From assembly GCF_009914755.1 (NCBI RefSeq), contig NC_060935.1: a stretch of DNA of 64,000 nt; one strand, given 5' to 3'. A program made the translations under genes and the position numbers. The stretch comes from the human T2T-CHM13v2.0 reference genome, Homo sapiens. This document shows positions 1-15,102 of this stretch, piece by piece; within the stretch, counting starts at the first letter, position 1, and every line of letters begins with the position of its first letter. The notes beneath the pieces were generated by a model, which searched no databases, was not told the DNA's origin, and was given only the letters and a program-made list of their open reading frames with translations.

Positions 1-689
1 TCGTGGGCCAGCTAGTGCTGTCCCAGTGCTGGGGAGGTACCACTGGCATGCCACAGGCAGGGCTGGGATGTGGGACCGTCAGCAGCCAGTTACCCTGCAT
101 GCAGGACTTCCAAAGGTCCCACCCAACCCTAGACAGGTGCAGTGTCTTTTCCTAACCATCTGAGCTCAGAGCCTAAACTCTTTTCGCAAGAAGCACAGCG
201 TGTTTTGAGCACGGCTTGAATACATACAATTCTTCAGGAATGCCAATGACTTCAACATCAAGGGAAGAATGTCCTTTGTTTAGCTGAGGCTTTGAAAGAA
301 CTGCTCACCAATTCCCCCAAATGATGCCACTGGTGGCAGGGCCCGTCGAGGTGTGAGTGCACCTCATGTGGCACTCAAGGTGACTGCAGGATCATCCATC
401 CCATCCTTTGTTTTCCCGTCCAGTGGCACCCAAGTGCATGGATCTGGAAATCATCTTCCCGCTTTGTCATGCCATCCTCTCCTCTGTCCTCACTGTCACT
501 GCTGGGATGTGTGCTGTCTCTTGGTACTCAGCCCCATTCCTGCCCTTCAGTGCTCTCAGGGGCTAAGTATGCACACTGCATTTCCCACTCTCTTGCCAGG
601 GCAGCAGTCAGGCTCTGCTGATGGGAGGCATTTGTGCAAAGTTGGCCTTAGTGGCTGGCACAGGTGGCCACTGAGGAATGTCAATAGGA

Positions 690-910
690 TGCTCCTCACG
701 CTCTCAGCAATACCTCTTGGTTCTTTTTACTCCTGTAACCCTAAGGGACATGAAGGCTTCCTGCAGTGACCAATCTCTGGGTGACATCACCTGTCCCTTT
801 CTGCTCCTCCAGCCTTTCCAACAGTTTTGGAAACAATTTCCTGATTCAATCCCCTCTGTTTGAAATACCTACATAGGCGATTGTTTTTTCTGACTGCATG
901 GATTCATAAA
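690..910 (+). mobile_element. ERVL-class LTR 3' fragment (LTR33/LTR41-like)
   Basis: 'ttcctgattcaatcccctctgtttgaaatacct...gttttttctgactg' resembles the 3' end of old ERVL LTRs; recalled similarity only. Confidence 0.45.
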
Positions 911-1459
911 AGGTATTAGCTTGAGTTTTTTGAAATTACGTATATTGTTAATTTTATTCTATAAGAATTTCATTTAAAGATAACAAGGGGAATCCTTGCA
1001 CATCATTGTTTGAAAAAATGGGTGCAATGTGTCTATTAGAGGTGAGAACCACAGAGCAAAAATGAGAGATGGTTTCTTAAAGGGTTGAGGATGGTGGAGC
1101 TAGGAATAAAGGTCAAAACCACTACCTCCTAACATAGTGTACCTCGAAGGCTGCTGGTGACTTAACCTGGAGACTTATTAAAAGAATCTCTTAGCTTAAA
1201 AGCAGGACTTACGACTTATGAGAAGTGGCAGGAGAATAATGTGCTCAGAAAGATTCTAAGCCTCCTGAAAAAGAGGGTTTTGAAATAACCAAATGCTTTC
1301 AAAAGAAACCTACTTTGTTAGATAAAAATCTCACTGTTAATAATGAATAAGCCTCAGTTTTAACTTTTCTGCCTGGTCCCTCATCTCCTTACCTTTATGG
1401 GACTTTTTTACAAAGCACCGTCAGACCCCATGTGGGGCTAGAAATATGCTCATGGTCCT

Positions 1460-1668
1460 TGTGGTAGACAAACTCATAAGGTGGCCCTGGATTCTACCTT
1501 CTGGTCTTCAGGCCCTGATGTGATTCTCTCCCAATGAGCATGGGTTGGGTCTCAGACTTGCTTCTTCCAAGTAGAATACAGCAAAGGGGACAAGATATAC
1601 ATGACTTCATGCACATGATTATAGGATTATACGATTATATTAGATAGTAGCAATTTTCTTGCTGGAGG

Positions 1669-1707
<39 letters not shown>

Positions 1708-2060
1708 GCCTGATGAAGCAAGCAGTTGCCTTGGGGAACCCCATCTAGCAAGGAGACACAGGTGGCCTCTGGTTGCTGAGAGCAGTCTCCAGCCCCCAGC
1801 CAGCAATGAAGCCCTTACTGATAAAAATACAAGGAACTGAATTTCTGCCAACAACCTGTGAGAGCTTGGAAGTGGACCCTTCCCCATTGAACCTCCAGAT
1901 GAGAATGCAGCCCAACTCACAGGCTGAGTGAAGCCTTGCAGAAGGCTCAGCTAAAGCATGCCTCTCTCCTAACCCAAAGACACCATGAGAGAGTAAATGC
2001 ATGTTGTTGGAGCCACTGATTTTATGGTAATATTGTCATGCAGCAACAGGTGACTAATCA
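1460..2060 (+). mobile_element. MaLR LTR (MLT1E/F/G-like)
   Basis: Starts tgtggtagac; contains 'aaggaactgaatttctgccaacaacctg...agcttggaagtggacc'; ends 'atgcagcaacaggtgactaatca'. Confidence 0.8.
1670..1703. repeat. (CT)n microsatellite inside the MLT1 LTR
   Basis: Direct read of the tctctctc run. Confidence 0.95.
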
Positions 2061-2373
2061 AGTCCCACACTGTTTAGACTTATGAGCCATGCCATATAGC
2101 CTTACTTGGTGTAACACTATAAAATACTCTATGGGTGAAACTGTCTCTCCTAGACCTGAGGAAGAGGATGTAGAGAGGCAATATGGGAGAAGCAAACTGA
2201 AGAAAGAAACAAGAGCAGGTGTCCTCAAATAGTAATGAAGCAGCTCCAAGGAGCCAGCACTCTCCTAGGTGCTCTTCTGAGTACTCTAGGGACAGAAATA
2301 AGAGCAGTTCCTTTTCACAGCTCAAGACCTTGCCAAATCCACTTAAAAAAAAAAATCCCGCATCAAACCCTGA

Positions 2374-2862
<489 letters not shown>

Positions 2863-4739
2863 TAAGCATCCTGCTAAGAGCACTGTGAGCTCTTCTGGGT
2901 CTTTTCTGAGTCATCCTCTCCTCCTTTGATCTCATCAAGCATGGTATCCTTTTGGAAATATCAGACAGCATCCAATTTAGAGGATGCAAGAGGTCCAGAA
3001 TTCCCGAGCTGGGAGGCTTAGAAGAGTTGTGGTGACCAGGTGACTGCCGCCAACCACGTCCTGTGGAGAGCTGTGTCGACACCTGCAGCCAGGCTCTCTG
3101 GGCAGCCTTGTGTCCAAACACCAGCTCAGAGGCAGCAGGAAGACGCTAACTCTGCGTTCCGGAAATGTCACCTGCTCAGTGTTTGGGAAGGGAAACCTCT
3201 CAAGATCTAACGGGGTGATCAGGTAGCAGACTCTAGTCAGAAGAAGCAACTTGCAGCTGATGCCCATACACCCTACAGGGGAGGAGACATTTGAGATGGG
3301 TGAGATAAGAAAAGTCCTCAAGGTAGTTAAAACCAGTCCCAACCAAATGTCGGTCTAAAAGGAAGGAAACCAACATTTGCTAAATGCCTACTATGTGCCA
3401 TAAGCTTTCACAGGTAAGAAAAGATTTTTTAAAGTATGTTTTAAAAAAGGAATATTCCAAAGCTTGATTCTTTGGGGGGGAAAACACTTAAGCTAAGGCC
3501 ATTATAAGACTATCTTTAGCGTAAATAACATGGGCAAAAATAAGCACCGTACAGTGTACTAAAGGGAGGGATGTTTTTCTACTGTGTGGAATTTTAGTGA
3601 GTAAATGTTTCCCTACAATATTCATAAATGCCACTAACACCCCAAAGCAGCAACATTTAACTTATTTGCAGCTGGTTCTGTGTCATATTTAAAATGAATC
3701 ATTTTTCAACATTTGCGGACTCTTAAAAGCTGAGCGTGGCAGGAGGAATTTCCTTGGGTACTGGGACAGGAAGGCACATGGCGCTGAGGGCTTGCCAGGG
3801 TGCGGTGGCCCAGACCCGCTCCTCCCAAAGGGCCTGGGGCCTTTGACAGCTGCATGTCAGCTGCAACTGCTGGCTGGAGCCCGAGGCTAATGAGGTCAGA
3901 GCAAGGGCCTGGTGCCCAAAGAGGCTCACTATGGACCGAGTCACTTGGACCAGTGGGTGTTGTTCAGATGAACCTCACCCCAATACCGCACGATCCCAAG
4001 AGGATGCGAGGAGAAAAGATGCATCCATATCAACACAGAAACACTGCTATCCACAGCAACACTGAGAATGTCATTTATCAAAGGCCCACTTCTTGTCAGC
4101 ACATTGTCGGTAACTCTACGTATTTTATTCCCTGTCTTCATGGATGACCCGGTAGACCTCTGAAGACAACTGAAAGATGGTGTACAATGAATGAAAAAAT
4201 GTGTACAGAAGCATGGGGGGAAGAACAGCCACCTTCTAAGCTGCATCATCTCTGTTCCTCACAAATACCTAGACAAAGCAAGGCAGACGTGTTGTTCTAA
4301 CTGCTCTGCCTGACAGTCCATAAAAACATGTCGAAGCAGCTGGATGCCCAGGAGGGTATGCGTGAACTCACACACACAGGCAGTGGAGGGACAGAGCTCA
4401 ACTCGGAGCACCAGCTCTCTCCTCCATGTAAGCTTCTCCATGCTCAGCTGAGTTTCTCAGAGCTGTACTTGGTAAGTGCATTGAGGACTTTTACACCTAC
4501 TTCCCCGCTTTAGGGATGGGTGCCTCTTTTTCAGTGAAATCTTACCCGGAACCTAACACAGAAGCAGCGAGTACAGAGGCCCTGCCCCCTCACCTCCCAC
4601 CAGCATCTTGGAGGGACCTGAGCTCCCTGGGGCTGGGTTTGGAAGCTGGGGATAAAGAGCTCTTGCCTGTCTGTACCAAAAGCAGGAAGTGCAGAGGTCT
4701 GGCCACTAAAAGGAGCACCAGAAACCTCTGGTCAAGGTG

Positions 4740-5015
4740 CACTTTGTTAATTCACCAATGCCTTATGGAGCTCACATGCCAGGCTCTGGTCAGGAGGCTA
4801 GAGATGTGGGGTCTTTGCCCTGAAGCTGTTCTGAGTCTGGTGTGGGTGGGTGGGGTGGGCAGATAAATTAGACCCCCTTGGGATCAGGGCTGGAACGGAG
4901 GTGGACAAAGCTGGTGGAAGCCAAAAGGCAGGGGCAAGTGTCTCTGTCTGTGGAGATCAAAGATTTTCAGAGAGGGAGAAAGTAAGCTCATTTGGGAAGG
5001 CAGGTGGGGGTTGGC
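4740..5015 (-). mobile_element. L2 fragment
   Basis: 'ttaattcaccaatgccttatggagctcacatgccaggctctg...ctagagatg' is a degenerate L2 3' end in reverse. Confidence 0.45.
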
Positions 5016-5492
5016 TGTGGTAGATGGCAACAAGACCTAAAATTATTCCCCTCCCTGAACCTACACCCGTATGCGATATGACTTTGCAGCTCCTCTTATC
5101 AAGAGACAAAGCCTGTCTGCCCAGACCTTAAACTTGGTCTGGTCCTGTGATACTGGCCAATAGCATGTGGTGCAATTGACCAGTTCTGAGTCTAGACTCC
5201 AAAAGGCCTCATGTGCTTCTGCTCACCCCTGGAAGGCTGTACAGCTGCCATGTCAGTAAGCCTGGGCTAGCCCACTAAAGGATGAGACCCAGATGCCCTG
5301 GTCATCCCTGCCAACTTGCTGAGAGCTCACCAACTGCCACTACAGACACAAATGGAAATCTACCTGGGAACAGAAGACCCTCCCTGCAGAACCCACCCTA
5401 ATTTGACTTACAGAATCATGAGACAAATGACGGTTGTTTTAAGCCACTAACTTTTGGGATAATTTGTTATGCAGCAACAGCTGACTAATACA
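5016..5492 (+). mobile_element. MaLR LTR (MLT1G/H-like)
   Basis: TG...CA termini; ends 'gttgttttaagccactaacttttgggataatttgttatgcagcaacagctgactaataca'. Confidence 0.8.
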
Positions 5493-5495
5493 TTA

Positions 5496-5620
5496 TGACT
5501 CTGGGCAAGCCACTTGATAATTTAGCAACAGTTTTACCATCTACAAAATGGAGATGACAAATCTTGCCTCTGGCACGGAGCAGTTGTGAGAGTCACATGG
5601 GAAACTATGTAAAAATGCAT
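5496..5620 (+). mobile_element. MIR fragment
   Basis: Core 'tgactctgggcaagccactt...catctacaaaatggagatgac'. Confidence 0.65.
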
Positions 5621-7166
5621 TGCGAATTTTAAAGTGCAAGGTAGCCGGGGTGGAAGTATTACTATTAGAATAACCTGGAAGACAAAATGTGGGAGGTTGG
5701 CCAATACTTCACATATGAACTGCTATATTTGGGGTCTTTCTCCAGAGACAGCAGAATTCCCTGAGGGGTTCCTTCGGGGATGCCAAGTCTCCACTGACTC
5801 TTGTGTAGTTTCCAGGGCTTTCTGGCAACTAAGGTGGTAGGTAATTTGTTCCCTGATGTAAGAGGCACCATGGTAGAGCAGGGGTATCCTAGGAGCTGGC
5901 ATCCCAGGCAAGGTGTTGGTATTCTGGCCCTATTGCTTTGTAGCTTACGCTCTAAGCTAAGACTGTTCCTCTTGCTAGGTGGTTTCTTTGTGGGTAAATG
6001 GATGCTGCTACCCCTGCTCTGCATTCCACATGGGGCAGGCATACGGTAAAAATGAGGTGGCCCATGTCAAAAATTGGTACCACCCTGGGTTAAGACTCAG
6101 GATAGAGGACCTCCCAAGGTCCCGGGTTGGGGGCCCCAGCCCTACCCGCAAGCATTCAGATGGTGTGGTCAGCAACACAGCCTCTGTTCCCCCAAGACGC
6201 TGGATGGGGGCCATGGGCTGTCCTCAGTTTCTGTGCACAAACATTTACATCAACAAAAGAAAACTTCCAGAGCAGTAAGTAATTTTCCTCAAGGGACAAA
6301 GGAGGCGAGAGGTGTTCTGATGAGTTTTGTTGGCTGACATTTTTCAGAAGTTATTTACGGGCTCAGCAAAGGCATTTATTGTGTTTAGTGTTCTATGCTA
6401 TAAATGCTTTGGAAAAGGAGAGTAAATGAATATGCAAGCACCCAGTGTCAGGGCAAGAACAGGCAGGTGTATGCGGAGCCTACAGCTTCCCTGGCGGCTC
6501 CCTGTTGACTGTCACCATAGAAACCGAGCCATGGGGTTAAACCGACTCCCAAAGGGCAGTGCTTGGTTAGGAACACAGGGAAAAGTACTCCCCAGTTGGA
6601 ATCCAACAAATGAGAGTGTCCCACACCTCCCCAGATGCAGATGGGTCCTTGTGGGATCCAAAGAGGATCCCTCTGGGATATGTGAGAAGGGACAGAGGTT
6701 TGTCTGCAGCCAGAGGCCGGATCCGAGGCACCGTGACTTGGGAGTGGTCACACTCGGTTTACTTGGTAGAAGGCAGCCCCCTTACTGCCAATATAACTCA
6801 AGACAGCCTGGCAGCTGGACTGGTTCATCACGCAGACTCAGGAAGCGTCCTGGGCGGAAGCAAAGTCATCCCAGGGCTTCAAGGAGCCCCAGATGAAAGC
6901 CACAGGTCCAGAGCTTCTGAGTGGAACGGGGCTGGGCTTTTTGAGTCCGATGGACAGAGATAATGGATTCTTACCCAAACAACACATCTTCCTGGAAACA
7001 AACAAGGCACAAACAAATACGCACGCCCAGAACACTGACCATGGGTGGTCTTTCTTCTGCCCAAGGTGCTGTTTGAATTACTGTGTTACCCCCAATTCAG
7101 GTTTGCTTTAAAGAAAAACAAAAAACCAGTTCCAAACACTTTCAGTGACACTCACACCTTCTCCTA

Positions 7167-8294
<1,128 letters not shown>

Positions 8295-8314
8295 CCGATA
8301 GGTGCCTGAGCCAG

Positions 8315-8480
8315 GTGGTCTAAGTCCCAAACCTGCTCCACCACCTAGGGGTTCATGATGTGGGGCAAGCAAAACCGCCTCTCCCTGCCTCGGTTTTCTC
8401 CTTTGTCATGATACCTACCATTGCAGATGTGTCGGGCCTGGATGTGTCAATGCACGTGAAGCTCTTAGAAGGGCCTTGGA
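8315..8480 (+). mobile_element. MIR fragment
   Basis: 'gggcaagc...cctctccctgcctcggttttctcc...atgcacgtgaagctcttagaa'. Confidence 0.55.
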
Positions 8481-9191
8481 GAGGAGGAAGTGGGACCTGT
8501 GTGCCAGCTGCTATTATGTGTTTCAATCTTATCATCAATGCTATTTGCAGCATGAGGCCCCAGGAGCTGGCACAGGTGAATCTCCTTCTGTGGAGTTCCC
8601 CGAGCTCTTTGAAGCAGGATGTGTACATTGGTTCAACGAACACCTAGACTGTGAGTTCCTGGCCTGTCAGTTCCTTGCCTTCTCCACTCCTGCCCTTGCA
8701 CCTGCCTAGTGCAACAGGCCCTGAGATTGCAACCTCCCCACTCACGCCCAATTGTCCCCATGATCTCATCACAAATAGATGCCCAGGACTCACCCCCGAA
8801 GCCCATCCCTATAAAGCTGTGCACACCCCTAACTGGACTGCATCTCACCCGACTATCCCAGACTCAACCCCAATGCCCACCCCTGTAACGCTGAGTGTGC
8901 CCCTAACTGGACCGCATCTCCCAGCCCTTCCAGCACTGTCCTCAGAGCTGCCTGATGAGCTGATGTCTCCTCACATCCATTCCTACCCTGGGCACCTGGT
9001 CCCTGCAGATGAGCAGCCAGGCTCCTGGCCAGGCCAGCATCTCCTCCTCTCCCTGCTGAAGGATGAGGCTGCTGCGGCAGGGCCACCAACTCCCAAATCA
9101 TCCAAGACATCTTCTCTGGACTCCATGTCTTCATTTCAGCAACTTTCCTTCCCAAAGTGGCGTCTGCTCACTGCTATGCCTGGGACCTCTC

Positions 9192-10135
9192 TTTTTTATT
9201 TCTTTTTTTTTTTTTTTTTTGTAATTTAGGTGAAATTTACAAAACTGAATACTAATCATTAAAAAAATACAATTTGTTGGCAGTTAACACATCCACAATG
9301 CTGTGCAACCAGCACTTTTATCTAGTTCCAGAACATTTAAATCACCCAAAAAGAAAATCTCATACCCATGAAGCAGTCACTCCATGTTATGGACTAACCT
9401 GTGTGCCCGCAACACACATATGTTGAAGCCCCAACGCCTAATTTGACTGTATTTGGAGATGGGACCTTTAAGGAGATAACTAAGGTTAAATGAGGTTGTA
9501 AAGGTGGGGTCCTGATCCTTAGGATTAGAGTCCTTATAAGAAGAGAAAGAAACACCTGTGCACCTTCTTGCTCTCAGCACACACAGAGAAAGACTATGTG
9601 GGGACACAGTAAGAAGGTGGCCGTCTGCAAGCCAAGGAGCGAGGCCTCACTGGGGACTGAATTTGATGGCACCTCGGCCTATGACTTCCAGCCTCCAGAA
9701 CAGTGAAAAAGTAAGTGTCTGTTGTTTAAGCAACAGTCTGTGGCATTTTGTTATGAAAGTCCAGGCTGACTGACATACTCCCCGCTCCTTCTCCCCCATC
9801 TCCTGGCAACCACTCATCTACTTTCTGTTTCTACGGATTTGCTAATTCTGGGCATTTCACAGAAATGGAATCACACAGTACACAATGTGTGGCCTTTTGT
9901 GTCTGACTTCTTTTACTCAGCATCCTGTTTCCCACACTCATGTGTGCTGTGTCAGTCCCTCATTCCTTTTAAGGGCTGAATAATATTCCATTCACTGGAC
10001 AGACCACAGTCTGTCCATCCATCCACCTGCTGGTGGGCATCTGGGCTGCTTCTGCTTTCTGGCTATTATGGATAGTGCTGCTGTGAACATCTGTGCACAG
10101 GGACTTGTCTGGACACCTGTTTTTAATTCTCTGGG
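9192..10135 (-). mobile_element. L1MB-type 3' end, interrupted by an MLT1A
   Basis: Poly-T, 'tgtgcaacc...tctagttccagaacattt...', resuming 'ctggcaaccactcatctactttctgtttct...ggcttctttactcagc'. Confidence 0.85.
9385..9777 (+). mobile_element. MaLR LTR (MLT1A0-like) nested in the L1MB
   Basis: 'tgttatggactaa...gactgtatttggagatgggacctttaaggag...ttccagcctccagaacagtga...ttttgttatg'. Confidence 0.85.
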
Positions 10136-10289
10136 GCTCTCTTCTTTCTTGAGCCCTCAAAACCAGATTCACACCAGCTACCAGCAAGGTGCCTGTGGCC
10201 TCCACGCTGCGAGGTGGAACGGCTGATGAGCAGCCCTCGTCTCAGCTGACACAGCCGCCTCCTCCTCCTGCACGTGCTCTGCCGGGCTG

Positions 10290-11352
10290 GGGTGTGGCCA
10301 GGCTCTCCAGATGTCCCCTTTCTCACTTCCTGGATGCTCCTGGCCACTCCTGTGGCCTCCTCCTCAGCTCCCCATCCTCTGAACGCAGTCCTCTGTGTCT
10401 TCCTCTCTGGCCACACACACCCCCAGGGTGACCTGCTCAAGTCTTGGCTTCAGATGCCATCAGACTCCTGTGGCCCCAGCCTCACCCTCCAGCCCAACCC
10501 ATGCAGGCTCCACCCTGACACACTACAGGCTGCTCAAATGTAACTCGCCCAACATCACACGTAACATCACCCCATCTCTGCCCTGGCGCCTCATCCAGTT
10601 GCTGAAGCCGCAAGCCTCGCCTCTGCTCTCACCCTCCACAGCCAATCAGACAGCAAGTGCCTGCAGGTCACAGACAACTCCGGACCCTTCTTGCTGCCCA
10701 TTCACAATCTCTGCTCTGGCCTGAGCCACCTTCCTCTCTCTCCTGGGCCCTGTGCCTGGCTCTGGACCAGTCTCCCCACTTCTCTACTGCTCTGTCCTTT
10801 CTCCACCTGGCCCCAAAGCCATCCTTAGAAAGCCGAACCCATCACATCTCTTGCCTGCTCAGACCCTTGCATGGCCCAGGATTTTTTTCTGTGTCCCCCA
10901 GCCTCACTGAGCTGGGCTCAGCCTATGTGACCACACCTCCCCGACCCTCCCCTCCCTAGAAGCTACAGCCGCGCTGCCCTTCTTGCTGTTCCCCAAGCAC
11001 AAGTCCATTCCCGCCATGGGGCCTTTGCACCTGCTGTTCCTGCTGCCTGCAGTGCCCCAGCCCATGCCCACGCAGCCCATGCCCTTGCTTCTGTCCGGTC
11101 TCTGCTGACACATCCCACCTCTAGGTGGCCATTTTTGTCCTGCCTAGGAAGCCTGCCCTCCCCTCTCCAGCACTCCCCAGCCCTGCAGCTGCTTCACATC
11201 CCCAGCAGCTGCCATTTCCCTGCAGGGGACAGGCCTGCCGGCTCTGTGAGGGCAGGGACTCTCTGTTTTGCTTCCGGCTGTAACCCCAGCTCTGGAAATG
11301 GTGTCTGGCACACACAGCCCGCGCGAATAGTGCTCTGTGGAATGAATGAATT
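10290..11352 (+). mobile_element. L2 (LINE2) 3' region
   Basis: Pyrimidine-rich L2 body ('gggcctttgcacctgctgttcc'), ending 'gtctggcacacacag...gtggaatgaatgaa'. Confidence 0.7.
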
Positions 11353-11389
11353 CTAAGCTTCTCCTGCATGTCAGATGCTGCCGATGGAG

Positions 11390-11700
11390 TGATGACTAAG
11401 CAGTGGCGAGGGCACAGGCTGGGCGGGGTGGGAGAGACAGACGCGGAGCAGATCATCTCAACTGAGTGGGATCGTCCGCGACAGAAAGACGTGTCACATG
11501 CTACCGGAGCCACTGAGAGTGCCGGGAGAGGACTTTGCTTGAAGCGTGGAGAGGAGGGACTGTCACAGCTGGGTTTTGCAGGATGAGTAGGAGTTGGGTA
11601 GATGGACATGTGAGGGAAGGGCATCCCAGGAAGGAGGAAGAACATAAGCAAAGGCCCAGAGGTGTGAAAAAGTTTAGTATGTTTACACAGAAGCAAGGAG
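11390..11700 (-). mobile_element. L2 fragment
   Basis: 'gctgggttttgcaggatgagtaggagttgg...agggaagggcatcccaggaagg...agcaaaggcccagagg'. Confidence 0.65.
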
Positions 11701-11886
11701 TTGATTCATATTAACAATTTATGTGTGATACAGAATGTCTCATTCAATGCACATATTAGCCCTGTGTGGTGGGTACAGTGATCATCGCCATTTTAGGATC
11801 TGAAAAAAGAATGTGAGAGGCTCCATCCCTTTCTGGAGGCTTCACAGCTATGGGTGACTGAGCTGGGATTGGAACCCAGGGCTGCT

Positions 11887-12062
11887 GCCTGCTTTTGTCA
11901 ATAAAGTTTTATTGGCATGCTGCCACTCCATTCATGGGGGTACTGTCTGTGGCTGCTGCCTGCTACAAAGGCAGAGCTGAGAGGCTGCCACAGGGAGCAC
12001 ATGGCTCCAAAGGCTAAAATATTTACTCTCTGGCCTTTACGGATAAACTCTGTGGACCCCTG
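11887..12062. mobile_element. MER58A-like hAT-Charlie MITE
   Basis: 'ttgtcaataaagttttattgg...ggcagagctgag...ctaaaatatttactctctggcctttac...gacccctg'. Confidence 0.75.
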
Positions 12063-13799
12063 GCCTAGGTCATGGAGAGGGGGGTGGCAGGTAAGTTAGG
12101 GTGGGCCGTGCCCCACTAGAAGAGGGACCCGGGAAGGAGGGCCTGGCAGGTCTGGGGAAGAGGGAGGCCCAAGAAGAGGGGCAGGCTCAGCTCCCATGAG
12201 GTGTCTGTGCAGGCACAGGGAACGGTGAGGACAGGGACTCAGCTGCCAAGGCGGGGAGGGTGACCCCCCAAGCACTTGCTACCCCTGGGTGCCTTTGCTA
12301 GGCCCACCTCGTGCCTGGCCAAGGTGGGACCTGGAGACAAAGCGAAGCCATGGCTCTGTGTACTTGCTCGCGCACTCACACACTCATGGAAGACAGGGGA
12401 GGGTGTGCAGTGACTGGGGAGAGGGGAAGAGTCACCAGGGGCTGGGAGGTCCCTGGCAGCAGGGAGGGGGCAGGAGGCACCCCCTGAGCCGCGCATCTGG
12501 GAGGAGCAGGTGGAGTATGCAGAGCAGAGCCCGCGGGAGGGAGTGCCGGGCAGCAGGTGCGGCAGGGGCAAGGGTGTGGAGGCCCTTCCAGGGCACCGTG
12601 ACGGGGGAACTGGCTATGCGAGGAGATGTTTTAACTGGGTTGTTCGAGAATGTTTTGCCTGATGCTTCTGAGCAGGGATTGAACGGGCAGAATAGTTAAA
12701 ACCCGAGGGAGGTCGAGTGAAGGTGTGTGAAGGTGACTTCAAAGGTGAGGCGCATTTCATGATGAGCGTGAGGGCGCCAGTGGGCCGCCTGACTCCCATA
12801 CCCAGTCCACACGCTCCACACTGACAGCTCAGGGTGCCTGTAGCTGGGCTGGCAAAATTCAGCCAGGCTTCACCAACCACAGGCAGAGTCCAGGAGCCCA
12901 GCGGACACAGAGCCCTCCTGCTGTGTGCTTCAAAGGATCCAATGGGCGAGGACCAAGGGGTGGGGTGGGGAGGACACAGGCCCAGCCAGGGCCCCCCGAC
13001 CAATACCAACTCTCCTCCCAGCCAGAGGCTGCCCTGGCCCAGGCTTTCAGCAGGGGCCCCACAGCCTGTGCCCTGGAGGCCAAGGGGTGTCCTCAAGACC
13101 GAAGGGTGCTGAGGGGTGGCCTGGGGACCAGCCAGTGTTACATAGCCACAGGAATGGCTGCTGGCCCCGAGGGCCTACCCAGCAACCACCTGAGCGATGA
13201 GGACCCTTGGGGACGGCCCTCCTGCCACCACCCTCCCCCAGGCTTGGGAAGGAAAGAGAAATTCTGCCAAGAACAGAGTACAAGGCCCATGAAGCTGGGA
13301 ATGGCAGGATATTTTAAGCAGTACAAGGGGGATTCTGGGTTGCCCTGGAGACGAGCGGGCCCAGGCCTCGGCGGCTGTAGCACATCTGTGCTCTGTGAGG
13401 CCAGTCCCGTGTCTGGGCTCAGGGGCGAAGGGGACCCCTCCATCGCGGGGTCAGTGTGGGAAGGTGGGCGAGGCCGTGGCCTCCCCCCAGGTGGGCAGGT
13501 TTTCGGGACTCTGCCCAATCTGTCAGGGAACCCACTGCCCTGTGTTCAAGGGACTATCTTCCCCAAGAGAGGCGGCGGGGACTGAGGACAGAGGCGCACC
13601 TTGTGAGTGTTCTGCAAGTGTCCCAGGTGGAGCTGGGCAACCAGGCAGGGTCTTGGGAAGGCCTGGCTTCCCGAGAGATCCTTCCTCGGGGAGGAGGGAT
13701 GTGCAGGGAACTCCAGAGAGGAAGAGGAAGCCACACCTGTGGAGGCTTCCTGGGGTCCCGCAAGCCAGCCTCACCCAGCATGATAGAAAATGTGCAGAG

Positions 13800-14232
<433 letters not shown>

Positions 14233-14568
14233 TCAGGCAGGTGGCTGCGTGGTCATGCTCTCCAAACCCTACACCCATCACCATCCTAGCTGCTCACCTC
14301 CACAAGCTCCATTCACCTCCCTTGCCTTGGGTACACACTCCTTATGATGTGACCTCAGATCCTGCCACTTGCCATGTTTTCCTGATCCAGGCCATCGCCT
14401 TCCTCCACAGCCACTAGAGTAGACAAGGATGGGCAAACTAGATCCAAGCCTGACCCAGGTCTGAGGCTCGGGAACAAGAACCCAGCCAAGCCCAGTGGCA
14501 GAGGAGCCAGTCAAGGCCCCTGGCTGGGTTCTGAAACCACACACACCTGTGTTCACATTCAGGCCATG

Positions 14569-14587
14569 CATGGCCTCCTGGTGGCCA
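14569..14587 (-). promoter_or_regulatory. CTCF-like motif TGGCCACCAGGAGGCCATG
   Basis: Close match to the CTCF core CCACCAGGGGGC on the minus strand. Confidence 0.45.
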
Positions 14588-14659
14588 ACCGCTCGTTTCA
14601 GAGCTCACTCATTCAGCAAATAGTTACAGTGTGCCCCTCTCTAGTTGTGAGGATGTAAC

Positions 14660-15102
14660 TGTGTGGGCGGGGTGAGTGCTGGTCCCCAAAAGATGTGACT
14701 GTACCCTAGCCCCCGAAACCCACGAGTGTGACCTGATTTGGAAAACAGCTCCTTGTAGGTGTGATTGAGTTAAGGATCTTGGGATGAGGAGATCACCCTG
14801 GATTTCCCAGGGGGGTCTTAAATCCAATGATACGTGTTCTTCTGAGAGTCAGAAGAGAAGACACAGACACAGAGCAGAAGGCCATGGGAGAACAGAGGCA
14901 GAGATGGGGAAATAGGGCCACAGCCGATGAATGCCTGGAGCCACCAGGAGGTGGACGAGGCAGGAAGGACCCTCCCCTAGCAACTGTGGAGGGAGCACGG
15001 CCCTGCTGCCACCGTGATATTGGACTTCTGGACTCCTGAACTGAGACAATCCGTTCTCTGCTGTTCTGAGCCACCCAGTTTGTGGTCCTCAGGAGAGTCA
15101 CA
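14660..15102 (+). mobile_element. MaLR LTR (MLT1C-like)
   Basis: 'gtgacctgatttggaaa...ttaaggatcttgggatgaggagatcaccctgga...aaatccaatga...gccacccagtttgtgg'. Confidence 0.85.

Noticed and set aside
12923-13585. 220-aa Gly/Pro-rich ORF and similar ORFs at 21062-21718, 22766-23416 and 63215-63814
   Set aside because: Overlapping ORFs in many frames, no domains and no coherent exon structure; expected in GC-rich DNA.
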